A stretch of 64,000 bases of DNA from a bacterium. Lineage in GTDB: Bacteria > SZUA-182 > DTGQ01 > JAFGSM01. The position numbers and the translations under genes were made by a program. Position 1 is the stretch's first letter, and every line of letters starts with the position of its first letter. The notes under the pieces were generated by a model. That model did no database searches and was not told where the DNA came from. It saw only the letters and a list, made by a program, of their open reading frames with translations. Location of the stretch: contig JBLIRN010000013.1 in the NCBI GenBank assembly GCA_049472315.1, forward strand, positions 9,562-73,561, given 5' to 3'. Shown here one piece after another: positions 1 through 8,430 of the stretch.

Positions 1-115
1 CGTTCCCTATGGCGGCTATAGCGGTTGGTATTAATCGGTATCCTGCTCCCCATTGTGCTGCCTAATCGCGTGCGCAGGTGCGAGGAGTCATAAGAAAACG
101 CAAGTAAAATCAAAG

Positions 116-151
116 GGCCGGGACACTCGTGAAGAGTTCCGGCCCTTTTTT
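116..151 (+). terminator. Rho-independent terminator hairpin (gggccgg...ccggccc) followed by a T9 tract. Orientation fits a + strand gene ending upstream of the window.
   Basis: 7-bp GC stem with a 17-nt loop and TTTTTTTTT read directly from the sequence. Confidence 0.5.
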
Positions 152-190
152 TAACGGTTGGTGGTACGCCCTGCTGTTCCTGTCGGGAGA

Positions 191-991
191 TCAGGTCTTG
201 AGGATTGTCAGTGCCTCGTCCACCGAGACGTTCTCATGGACGAGGCTGCAAATGGCCTTGACCATGGCCCTCTTGTTCTCGTGCTGGAATGCATTTCTCC
301 CGATCGAAACCCCGGCCCCCCCTTCGTCGATGGAATCCTTGATGATCTGAAATACCTGCCGGTCATTGCCGGCCTTTTCACCGCCTGCAATCACCACCGG
401 TATGGGGCATCCGCGCACCACCTCGGCAAACCCTTCCCGTGTCCCCGGATAACTCACCTTGACGATATCCGCACCCAACTCAGCCGCAATCCTGGCTGCG
501 TGTTTGATTCCTTCCACTGACCGCTCGTCGCTGAATTTTTCGCCCCTGGTATACATCATGGCCAGGAGGGGCATGCCCCATTCGTGACACTTGATGGAAA
601 CCTCTCCGAGGTCCTTCAGCATGTCGGACTCGCTTTCCGCCCCGATATTGATGTGGACGGAGACCGCATCGGCGCCGATCTTCAAGGCCATTTCCACGGT
701 GTTGACGAGGACCTTGGCATTGGGGTCCGGCGCCCACACCGTGCTCCCCGAGAGGTGGAGTATGAGGCCGATATCGCGGCCATGTCTGCGATGACCATGC
801 AAGGGTAGGCCAATATGCCCCAGCACGGCGTTTGCTCCCCCCTCCGAGATTTCGTTCACCATGTCCCGCATATCCACGATGCCCTTTATGGGGCCCATCG
901 TGACCCCATGGTCCATGGGTACGATCACCGTCTTGTGCGTGTTTCGATCGATGATCCTTTCAAGCCTGATGTTCTTTCCAATGCCGAGCAT
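191..991 (-). CDS. Class I aldolase of the DhnA/LsrF family (archaeal-type fructose-bisphosphate aldolase or 2-amino-3,7-dideoxy-D-threo-hept-6-ulosonate synthase-like)
   Basis: 266-aa ORF. The N-terminus GKNIRLERI...TVIVPMDHGVTMGP and the overall composition are typical of the DhnA-type class I aldolase fold. Confidence 0.7.
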   Translation of the reverse strand: MLGIGKNIRLERIIDRNTHKTVIVPMDHGVTMGPIKGIVDMRDMVNEISEGGANAVLGHIGLPLHGHRRHGRDIGLILHLSGSTVWAPDPNAKVLVNTVEMALKIGADAVSVHINIGAESESDMLKDLGEVSIKCHEWGMPLLAMMYTRGEKFSDERSVEGIKHAARIAAELGADIVKVSYPGTREGFAEVVRGCPIPVVIAGGEKAGNDRQVFQIIKDSIDEGGAGVSIGRNAFQHENKRAMVKAICSLVHENVSVDEALTILKT

Positions 992-1306
992 AGGTTCGCC
1001 CCCTTAAACCAAATTTAGAAGAATACAACTTGAGAATAATAAAAATCATACACTTGAATTGTATGCATTCCAAAAGAGCAAGAATCCTGCCCTTACCGTT
1101 ATTAACCCTCTCGTATCCTCCAGCCATCCAAGCCGCACCCGGAAGGCATGGCGTGGATGTCGTCATGACGAAGCAATTTTATGCCGGTCCACCCCGCACC
1201 CGGAAGACACCCCACGGTGATGTAGCGGACATCCACCGATACGGAGTAGATTAGCACCTTTTTTTTCAAAGTTCCAGTAGAAACGGGTGACTGGCACGCA
1301 TGCCCA

Positions 1307-1334
1307 TTGACATGCCGATTTTTTGAGGTATAAC
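1307..1334 (+). promoter_or_regulatory. Sigma-70-like promoter: TTGACA, a 16-17-nt spacer, then TATAAC
   Basis: Consensus -35 and near-consensus -10 read directly. It faces the downstream micro-ORF and radical SAM operon. Confidence 0.5.
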
Positions 1335-1404
1335 TATATACAAGAGGGTTTTATAGCAGCCTATTCAATCTGCTCGCCTTGCGCGAAGAAAGGAGGATGC
1401 GAGG

Positions 1405-1467
1405 ATGACGATCAAAAAGGTGACAAAAAGGTCCAAGGGGCTGTGTAAGTGCAAGAATTCCTGCTGA
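1405..1467 (+). CDS. Candidate 20-aa Cys-rich micro-ORF (MTIKKVTKRSKGLCKCKNSC). It could be a leader or precursor peptide.
   Basis: An AGGAGG Shine-Dalgarno 8 nt upstream of the ATG. Three Cys in the last 7 codons. A hairpin with a T-tract lies 20 nt after the stop. It is too short for the ORF track. Confidence 0.3.
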   Translation: MTIKKVTKRSKGLCKCKNSC

Positions 1468-1487
1468 CGTTGTTTGTGTCCATCTGA

Positions 1488-1524
1488 GGGTCGGCGGTGT
1501 ACGCTGTCGGCCCTTTTTGTTTTT
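1488..1524 (+). terminator. Intrinsic terminator or attenuator-like hairpin with a T-tract, between the micro-ORF and the next gene
   Basis: gggtcggc / gtcggccc stem (8 bp, including 2 G-U pairs), a 10-nt loop, then TTTTTGTTTTT. Confidence 0.4.
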
Positions 1525-1537
1525 CGGAGAACGATGC

Positions 1538-1900
1538 ATGGGAAAGGAGGGATTCAAGGGATATATCTGCCGTCCCTTTTGCACCTATTTTCGTGAGGGT
1601 GCAAAGGAGGATATGGCGTGCCGCGGGGCCCGGGTGGTCGAATCCCTGCTGCAGGCAGGGGTGTTCCGGATCGATGCCATTCCAATAAACGGGAAGTCTC
1701 CGCACCTATGGGCACACCGCGACGAGGTCCTGGAACGGACGGTGTGTCGATCATGCCCCTTTCGTGCGGAGGATTGCGATTTTCAATCCCCGGTCCCTCC
1801 CCCCGGCGCGGAACCGTGCGGTGGCTATATCCTGCTGAGCCTTCTCAAGGAGAAGGGAATCATCACCACTGCGGATCTCGAGGATTCGGGCGATGGATGA
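1538..1900 (+). CDS. Small cysteine-rich protein of unassigned family (about 120 aa, 10 Cys), translationally coupled to the radical SAM gene
   Basis: In-frame ATG with a GGAGAA Shine-Dalgarno sequence. Cys motifs CRPFC, CRSCPF, EDCDF, EPCGG. The stop overlaps the radical SAM start (ATGGATGA). Confidence 0.5.
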   Translation: MGKEGFKGYICRPFCTYFREGAKEDMACRGARVVESLLQAGVFRIDAIPINGKSPHLWAHRDEVLERTVCRSCPFRAEDCDFQSPVPPPGAEPCGGYILLSLLKEKGIITTADLEDSGDG

Positions 1901-3068
1901 TAACAGGCGTTTTTTACGACTGCATCCCCGGGCTGCGCTGAAACGGCTGGAGCGTCCCTTTGTCTATCACCTCGACCGGGACGAGCTCTATGAGATCGAT
2001 GCTGCTGCGGAGTCATTTCTGGTTTCCTGTGACGGTACACTGGCCAGAGAAAAAGCGGCCGCCGAGGAGGAATTCGTGGCATATTGCCTCGAGGAGGGAC
2101 TCCTGGAGGTCCTGTCGCAACCGGAATACACGCCGGTGTGCATGGATCGGGCCCCGGTTCCCTCCCTGCGCTATCTGGAGCTGCAGCTTACCAGCCGGTG
2201 TAACCTGAAATGCCTCCACTGCTATCTGGGGCCGCCGCAGCAGGATGTCCTCCCCCTGGCCGCAGCGCTCGGCATTGCCAGTGAATTTTCATCGCATGGG
2301 GGCCTGCGCCTTTTGATCACCGGGGGGGAACCGCTTTGCTATCCTCACATCGAGGAGTTTATCGAAAAGACAGCCGATCTGAAGGTGCGGCGCGTGATTT
2401 TGACCAACGGAACGCTCATCGCCACAGAAAACATCCGCAGGCTTGCGGTGGAGAACATCCAGTTCAGTCTGGACGGCTGGCGTGCAGGGCATGAGCAGGT
2501 GCGGGGGAAGGGCTCCTTTGATAAGGCGTTGCAGGGGATATATGCGGCCAGGGAGGCGGGGATACCCGTATCCATCGCCACCATGATCCACCGGGGAAAC
2601 CTGAAGGAATTCGACCGCATGAGACGGTTTGCCGAGGAGATCGAGGCAACCGAGTGGGGAATCGACGTGCCGTGCGTGGCAGGTTCCCTTGCGCACAACA
2701 CCAATCTGATCGTCCCCTATGAGGAGGCGGTTCCCTTCATGAGGTACTCCTACGGAGGGGGGTACCACGGGTCATCGGACGGATTTGCCTGCGGACACCA
2801 TCTGATGACGGTGTTGCCCACGGGCAGGGCGGTCAAGTGCGGATTTTATGCGGATGCGCCCCTGGGGGACGCCCGGGAAGGCCTTATGGCATGCTGGGGG
2901 AGACTGCGGCATGTTCCACTCGAGACGCTCGAATGCAGGAGCTGCCCGGTGGTCGAGGAATGTGCCGGGGGCTGCCGGTTTCGCGCCCCCCATCCGCTGG
3001 CCCCCGACCCGGTGATGTGCATCCTCCATGGCAGGGATCGCCTTGCCTCCCCTGAACGCAAGCCCTGA
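1893..3068 (+). CDS. Radical SAM/SPASM-domain protein (peptide-modifying maturase family)
   Basis: CNLKCLHCY (CxxxCxxC) radical SAM motif, a GGEPL motif, and a C-terminal Cys-rich SPASM-like region (CRSCPVVEECAGGCRF). Confidence 0.85.
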   Translation: MDDNRRFLRLHPRAALKRLERPFVYHLDRDELYEIDAAAESFLVSCDGTLAREKAAAEEEFVAYCLEEGLLEVLSQPEYTPVCMDRAPVPSLRYLELQLTSRCNLKCLHCYLGPPQQDVLPLAAALGIASEFSSHGGLRLLITGGEPLCYPHIEEFIEKTADLKVRRVILTNGTLIATENIRRLAVENIQFSLDGWRAGHEQVRGKGSFDKALQGIYAAREAGIPVSIATMIHRGNLKEFDRMRRFAEEIEATEWGIDVPCVAGSLAHNTNLIVPYEEAVPFMRYSYGGGYHGSSDGFACGHHLMTVLPTGRAVKCGFYADAPLGDAREGLMACWGRLRHVPLETLECRSCPVVEECAGGCRFRAPHPLAPDPVMCILHGRDRLASPERKP

Positions 3069-3090
3069 GCCCCTCCGGTATCCCGGTTGC

Positions 3091-4455
3091 TCACCTGCCT
3101 CGTCGTATGTGGTGTTTTTTCATCTTGTAGCGAAGGACTCGCTCGCTGATGCCGAGTTCCTCGGCCGCCCGCGTCTGCACCCACCGGTGGTTCTCGAGTG
3201 CCTTGAGTATCATCGACCGCTCGGAATTCGCCAGATGGCTCCCCAGGAGCCCCGTTTGTTCTTCCAGGCTCTCCTGCGGGCGCTGCTTCATCTGCATGGG
3301 AAGGTCTTCCACATCGATGACCTCGTGCCGGGTGAGCACCACTGCCCGCTCGATGATGTTTTCCAGCTCCCGGATATTCCCCGGGTAATCGTACTTGATG
3401 AGCATGTCCCGGGCCTCGCGGGTGATCCCCTTGATCTGCTTGTGGCACTTGAGGCTGAACCGTTTCAGGAAGTGTTCGATGAGTCTCGGGATGTCCTCCT
3501 TGCGGTCCCTCAGGGGCGGGATGATGATGGGGACGACATTCAGGCGGTAGTAGAGATCCTCCCGGAACGATCCCTCCTTCATCAATTCCTCCAGGTTTCT
3601 GTTCGTGGCGGCGAGTATCCGGCAATCGGTTTCGATGGTCGCATTGGAGCCGATGCGCTGAAAGGTCTTTTCCTGAAGGACCCTCAGGAGCTTGGCCTGG
3701 GTGCTGAGGGAGATGTCCCCGATCTCGTCGAGGAAGATCGATCCCCCGTCCGCCTCTTCGAACCGTCCCCTCCTCATGGTGATGGCACCGGTGAACGACC
3801 CCTTTTCATGTCCGAACAGCTCCGATTCAAGGAGGGTTTCGGGCAAGGCCGCGCAATTGACCTTGATCAGGGGACGATTCGCCCTCAGGCTGTGGAAATG
3901 AATGGCCTGGGCGATCAGCTCCTTGCCGGTGCCGCTTTCCCCCCGGATGAGCACGGTGGTGTCCGTCCTGGCGACCCGGGTCACCAGATTCAGCACCTCC
4001 TCCATCTGGCCGCTCGCGCTGACGATGTGGTCAAAGGAGAATCGCTCGTGAATGATCCTCTTCAGTTCCCTGTTTTCCTCTCGCAACTGGAGGTAGTCGG
4101 TACCCTTTTTCAGGATGACCGTGAGCTCATCCAGATCCACCGGTTTCGTCAGGTAGTGGTATGCACCGTCCTTCATCGCCTGCACCGCCATCTCGATGGT
4201 ACCGTACGCGGTGAAGACGATCACCAGGATCTCGGGATTGATCTGCCTGATCCTTCTCAGAAGCTCCAGACCGGTCATTTCCGGCATCTGGTGATCGGTG
4301 AGCACCACATCCACGGGGTGCTCCTGCACGATGGCAATGGCCTCGCGGCCGGTCTCGCACCCCAGGGACTGATACCCCTTTTTGGCAAGGAAGCCCACCA
4401 GCATTTCCCGTTGATTTCGTTCATCGTCAACCACAACCACGACCCGGTTTTTCAT
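3091..4455 (-). CDS. Sigma-54-dependent response regulator (NtrC/Fis family): receiver, AAA+ and HTH domains
   Basis: Receiver domain (DDE...), GESGTGKE Walker A, a GAFTGA-like motif, and a C-terminal Fis-type HTH. Confidence 0.9.
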   Translation of the reverse strand: MKNRVVVVVDDERNQREMLVGFLAKKGYQSLGCETGREAIAIVQEHPVDVVLTDHQMPEMTGLELLRRIRQINPEILVIVFTAYGTIEMAVQAMKDGAYHYLTKPVDLDELTVILKKGTDYLQLREENRELKRIIHERFSFDHIVSASGQMEEVLNLVTRVARTDTTVLIRGESGTGKELIAQAIHFHSLRANRPLIKVNCAALPETLLESELFGHEKGSFTGAITMRRGRFEEADGGSIFLDEIGDISLSTQAKLLRVLQEKTFQRIGSNATIETDCRILAATNRNLEELMKEGSFREDLYYRLNVVPIIIPPLRDRKEDIPRLIEHFLKRFSLKCHKQIKGITREARDMLIKYDYPGNIRELENIIERAVVLTRHEVIDVEDLPMQMKQRPQESLEEQTGLLGSHLANSERSMILKALENHRWVQTRAAEELGISERVLRYKMKKHHIRRGR

Positions 4456-6209
4456 CAGGTATCCCGCCCCCTTTCCTTTTTATTCGGCGATTTGCTGGGC
4501 AGATAGAGGATGAATGTGGCGCCGTGCCCCTCCTCGGAGGCGACCTCGATCCTCCCGCAATGATCCTCCATGATCTTTTGTGCAATGGGAAGCCCGAGCC
4601 CGATTCCTCCCTCCTTGTTCGTATAGTAGAATTCAAAGATCTTGTCTATCTGGGAGGGGCTGAGCCCGGGACCGGTATCCGCAACCCGGATGACCGCCCC
4701 CTCGGGGGTATGTTCCAGGGAGATGGTGATCTTCCCCCCGCCGGGCATTGCCTGGATGGCATTCCGGATGATATTCATCAGGCACTGTTTGATCTGACCG
4801 GGATCGCACCATGCCTCGCCCCCGTTCTTGTCATATGATGTCTCCATGACGATGTTGCTTTTTTCGGCCTCCGCACCCAAGAAGAGCACCAGGTCATCGA
4901 TCAGCTTGGTGAGGCGGACGGAGGTCTTTTCCGTATGGTACTGTTTTGCGAAGTTCAAGAAGTCGGTGATGATCTTGTCCACCCGCCCGATCTCCTCCCG
5001 GATCACGGTGCTGAATTCCATGAATTCCTTTCGGTCCTTTTCGCCTTCGGGAAGGAATTCGTGCTGCAGGCGCTGGATTGCCATGCTGATCGCGTTCAGC
5101 GGGTTTCTGATCTCGTGGGCCACCCCTGCGGCGAGTTTTCCGATGGAGATGAGTTTGTCCGCCCGCTGGATCTCCTCTTCCCGGGACTTTTGCACCCGAT
5201 ACTGGCGGTACTGGTGGAAGAAGATGAGAAAGATCCCGCAGATTCCCAGTGCTATCATCACGCCGCCGAACCAGAAAGCCTGGGCGCTCATGGCATGTTC
5301 CGTCTCCTTGAGCTTGGACAGGGAGAGCCCCACCCGCATGAGTCCGACGCGCCGTCCCTGGAAGGAAAATGGATGCCGGATCTCCATGACCTCCTTTCCG
5401 GTCCTGGAAACGGTCATGGAGGACTCCTCGCCGCTGAGGTAGTGGAACAGCGGCTTGGCAAGCGGCGCTGGCCCCGATTCCCCTTTCTGCGCGGTGATTC
5501 TATTGAAGGGGTCATCGTAGATCAGATACTCGATGCCCGGCTTGGCCCCGATTTGATTGATTATTTTGGAAAGGCTGATCTCGGATATGAAGTTCCTGAG
5601 GTATTCCCCCTGGACGGTGACGATGATCGCGCCGGGGGCTGTTCTGCGGGCAACCGCCACCCACAGGAGGTTTTCCTGAACCGGGCTGAGGGGCTCGTTT
5701 CCCACCATCAGATGCTGTTTGCGACCGGAAAGCACGGGATTGACCATGGGCAGGATGTTCGCAGGGTCCATAGCGGGTGGTGAGGGGGCGGGAAGCCCGG
5801 GAAAGACATAGGGGGGGTTGGAATCCAGGACGAATCTCCCCACGGCATCGGTGATGATGACCCGAAATATATTCGTTTCCTGAACGAGCTGTTTGAGGAT
5901 GAAGGGGTTCTCACCGGTGAGGGACATGACGCGATCGATGAAGTACGCATTGTCCAGAAGCCGTTCCGCCACCTGCTGCCTGACCAGGGATTCGGAGAGG
6001 ACCGCATTGTGCCACGCGATCTCGAGGCTCTGTACGAGTGCCTCACCCTGATGCCGCAACAGGTTATACATCTCGATCTTTTCGCGGCGAAACTGAATGA
6101 GCCCGTTCACCGTGATCAGGATGATCAGCAGGAAAAGCGTGATCACCGCATAGGTGGTGAACAGGGGTTTTCCCCGTGTTGTCTTATCCGGATGCGTGTT
6201 TGTATTCAT
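4455..6209 (-). CDS. Sensor histidine kinase (periplasmic sensor, HisKA and HATPase_c domains), partner of the sigma-54 regulator
   Basis: N-terminal transmembrane segment, an H-box (AGVAHEIRNPL), and G1/G2 ATPase motifs. Overlaps the regulator start (TGATG). Confidence 0.85.
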   Translation of the reverse strand: MNTNTHPDKTTRGKPLFTTYAVITLFLLIILITVNGLIQFRREKIEMYNLLRHQGEALVQSLEIAWHNAVLSESLVRQQVAERLLDNAYFIDRVMSLTGENPFILKQLVQETNIFRVIITDAVGRFVLDSNPPYVFPGLPAPSPPAMDPANILPMVNPVLSGRKQHLMVGNEPLSPVQENLLWVAVARRTAPGAIIVTVQGEYLRNFISEISLSKIINQIGAKPGIEYLIYDDPFNRITAQKGESGPAPLAKPLFHYLSGEESSMTVSRTGKEVMEIRHPFSFQGRRVGLMRVGLSLSKLKETEHAMSAQAFWFGGVMIALGICGIFLIFFHQYRQYRVQKSREEEIQRADKLISIGKLAAGVAHEIRNPLNAISMAIQRLQHEFLPEGEKDRKEFMEFSTVIREEIGRVDKIITDFLNFAKQYHTEKTSVRLTKLIDDLVLFLGAEAEKSNIVMETSYDKNGGEAWCDPGQIKQCLMNIIRNAIQAMPGGGKITISLEHTPEGAVIRVADTGPGLSPSQIDKIFEFYYTNKEGGIGLGLPIAQKIMEDHCGRIEVASEEGHGATFILYLPSKSPNKKERGRDT

Positions 6210-6735
6210 AATTGTCTTGGGTCATCACTCCCTTGGGTATGAGCCGCCTTCGTGCTCCACCTGCATATGGTCCGGATCCGAGCATGGATTCGGATGGATT
6301 AAGTATATAGTGCGTACCGTTCCTTGGCAACAAGAAGGGGATGGGAGATACCTGCTTGATCCCATCCCCTTCCTCGGCTGTTGTTGAGCTTGCGATTGTT
6401 TCCGGGTAAATAGCGGCGAGGGGTTTTGTCTCCCCTCGCCCGTACAGTGCATCACCTCCTTTCCGTCAAAGACCCTGACAAGGGTGTTCATTGGTTGCGC
6501 CATTTCTCCCCTGGAAGTGTTTTCTTGTTCCCTCTCTACCTCCTTTCTTTCTCGTTGGTGTGTCATCAACTATCCCTTACCCAGTATAGAAAGCAACCCT
6601 GATGCCAACGTGGGTATATCATTTTATCTTATTGTTATTATTGACAGAATAGATTTATGCAGCGACGGGGGTATACCGTCGCCCCTCCCTGGCTCGACGA
6701 TTTTTGGGGATGACTCGACACTGATGTCGAATGGC

Positions 6736-6920
6736 ATGGGGTCAGGTCTTGAATTATCAGTTTTTGTTCCAAAAACAAAATCACATTTTCATACTTCGTG
6801 GCGCCGCAAAGTGACTTGAGCGTTTGTTCCGAAAATAGAATCATATTTTCATGCTTCGTGGTGTCACAAGGGAGCATGAGAGTGTATTGCAAAAACTGTC
6901 ATTTCAAGACCTGACCCCAT
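6736..6920. repeat. MITE-like dispersed repeat with about 31-bp imperfect terminal inverted repeats (atggggtcaggtcttgaa...ttcaagacctgaccccat) and internal attttcat(a/g)cttcgtgg sub-repeats
   Basis: The inverted repeats were read directly. A related copy lies at 27973-28290. Confidence 0.5.
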
Positions 6921-7048
6921 ATTGCCTGAGCGTTTAACCGGAAATCATGATAGAAGCGGTCATCCTTTTGCTGTATAATGCCGCAAAAGGCGTATGCCAT
7001 TGTATGCAATTGTCAAATGTATTCTATCCAGTTCACAGGAAGGAATGT

Positions 7049-8266
7049 ATGACAGGCAAGGGAATGGAGGATCGCCGCAACGGGACGGTCAGCCTCAGCC
7101 GATGCGGAAGCTATGCAGTCGACGAGGTGGAGGAGGCGGTACGGGGCGCACTCGAACCCCTGGGCGGTATGGGTAGCTTCGTCAAACCCAAACAGCGGGT
7201 TGCCCTGAAGCCGAACCTCCTGCGGGGGGCGGACGCATCGAGTGCGGTCATTACGCACCCGTCGGTGGTGGAGGCAGTTGCCCGATTGGTGACCGAAGCC
7301 GGAGGGAGTCCGTTCGTTATAGACAGCCCCGGCGCCGGCATTCCCTATGTCCCGCAGACCCTGCACCGGATCTATCAGCGATGCGGATACCTTTCCCTGG
7401 AGCTTGCGGTGTCCCTGAACTACGACTGCAGGATCACCGCCGTTCCCTTTGCAGAAGGCAGGGTGATGAAGCGCTTCGATGTGCTCTCCCCGGTCCTCGA
7501 TGCGGATGTGCTCATCAACCTGCCCAAGGTAAAATCACATGGATTCACCTATCTGAGCTGCGCGGTGAAGAACCTCTTCGGGGTGGTGCCCGGTTTGCAC
7601 AAGCCCTCATACCACGGAAGGTTCAAGGATCGCGAGCGGTTCGGCAGCATGTTGATCGATCTGTGCCTGCTCCTCGCCCCCGCGCTCACCATATGCGATG
7701 GAATCGTGGGGATGGAGGGGGATGGGCCGTCATGGGGAGGTCTCAGGGAATTGGGACTCATCGCTGCCTCCGCGGATCCCTTCCATCTGGACCTGGTGAC
7801 ATGCTCCCTCATCGATTTCGATCCCATGCGGGTTCCCTATCTCAGGCAGGCGATCCACCAGGGGATCTGCGCTGCTGATGTGTCCGCCGTGCCGCTGAAG
7901 GCACCGGGGACGCTCGATGCCCTGCGCGTTCCGTTCTCCGCCCCGGCCACGTTCGACGCACCCGGGGTGATCGACCGTCTGCGGCGTGCGTTCCTCCTGA
8001 GTGTCCTGTGCCATGCATGCGGCAGGGTATTGAGCATTACCCCGCGCGTTGACCCGGCGGCCTGTCGCGGATGCGGGGTATGTGCGGAGGCATGTCCGAA
8101 CCGGGCCGTCTCCATGGTTTCCGGCAGGGCGCGGATCAATCGCCGCCGGTGCATCCGCTGCTATTGCTGCCACGAGCTGTGCCCCCACGGGGCCATTGTG
8201 CTGAGACCCTCACGGATCAGGAAGGTTCTCCGGGCATTAAGGCGGGCAGCACTCCGGCGGGTATGA
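7049..8266 (+). CDS. DUF362-domain protein with a C-terminal 2x[4Fe-4S] ferredoxin domain
   Basis: N-terminus typical of DUF362 (VKPKQRVALKPNLL). Two CxxCxxCxxxCP motifs at the C-terminus. An AGGAAGG Shine-Dalgarno sequence before the ATG at 7049. Confidence 0.7.
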   Translation: MTGKGMEDRRNGTVSLSRCGSYAVDEVEEAVRGALEPLGGMGSFVKPKQRVALKPNLLRGADASSAVITHPSVVEAVARLVTEAGGSPFVIDSPGAGIPYVPQTLHRIYQRCGYLSLELAVSLNYDCRITAVPFAEGRVMKRFDVLSPVLDADVLINLPKVKSHGFTYLSCAVKNLFGVVPGLHKPSYHGRFKDRERFGSMLIDLCLLLAPALTICDGIVGMEGDGPSWGGLRELGLIAASADPFHLDLVTCSLIDFDPMRVPYLRQAIHQGICAADVSAVPLKAPGTLDALRVPFSAPATFDAPGVIDRLRRAFLLSVLCHACGRVLSITPRVDPAACRGCGVCAEACPNRAVSMVSGRARINRRRCIRCYCCHELCPHGAIVLRPSRIRKVLRALRRAALRRV

Positions 8267-8430
8267 CCGGGGTTTTCCCGTTTCCTTGATTCGTTCATTT
8301 ACCTTGTCAGACAACAACTTTCTTGTCTATAGTGCCGATATGGTCTATAATTTGCGAAGCTGCCCTGCAGCAGGTAATCGATGGGAGGAGAAGGTGTACG
8401 AAGGACACCGAGGATGAGAGGAGGGAACCA

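Noticed and set aside
116-151. Terminator for the minus-strand aldolase gene
   Set aside because: On the minus strand the A/T tract precedes the hairpin rather than following it. The orientation fits a + strand terminator.
3028-4506. 492-aa + strand ORF
   Set aside because: It is antisense to the well-supported sigma-54 response regulator. It has low-complexity R/P/G-rich translation typical of reverse-frame GC-rich artefacts and no Shine-Dalgarno sequence.
6947-7048. N-terminal extension of the DUF362 ORF as called in the ORF track
   Set aside because: The ATG at 7049 has a strong Shine-Dalgarno sequence (AGGAAGG). Upstream residues are non-conserved and lie within the intergenic repeat region.
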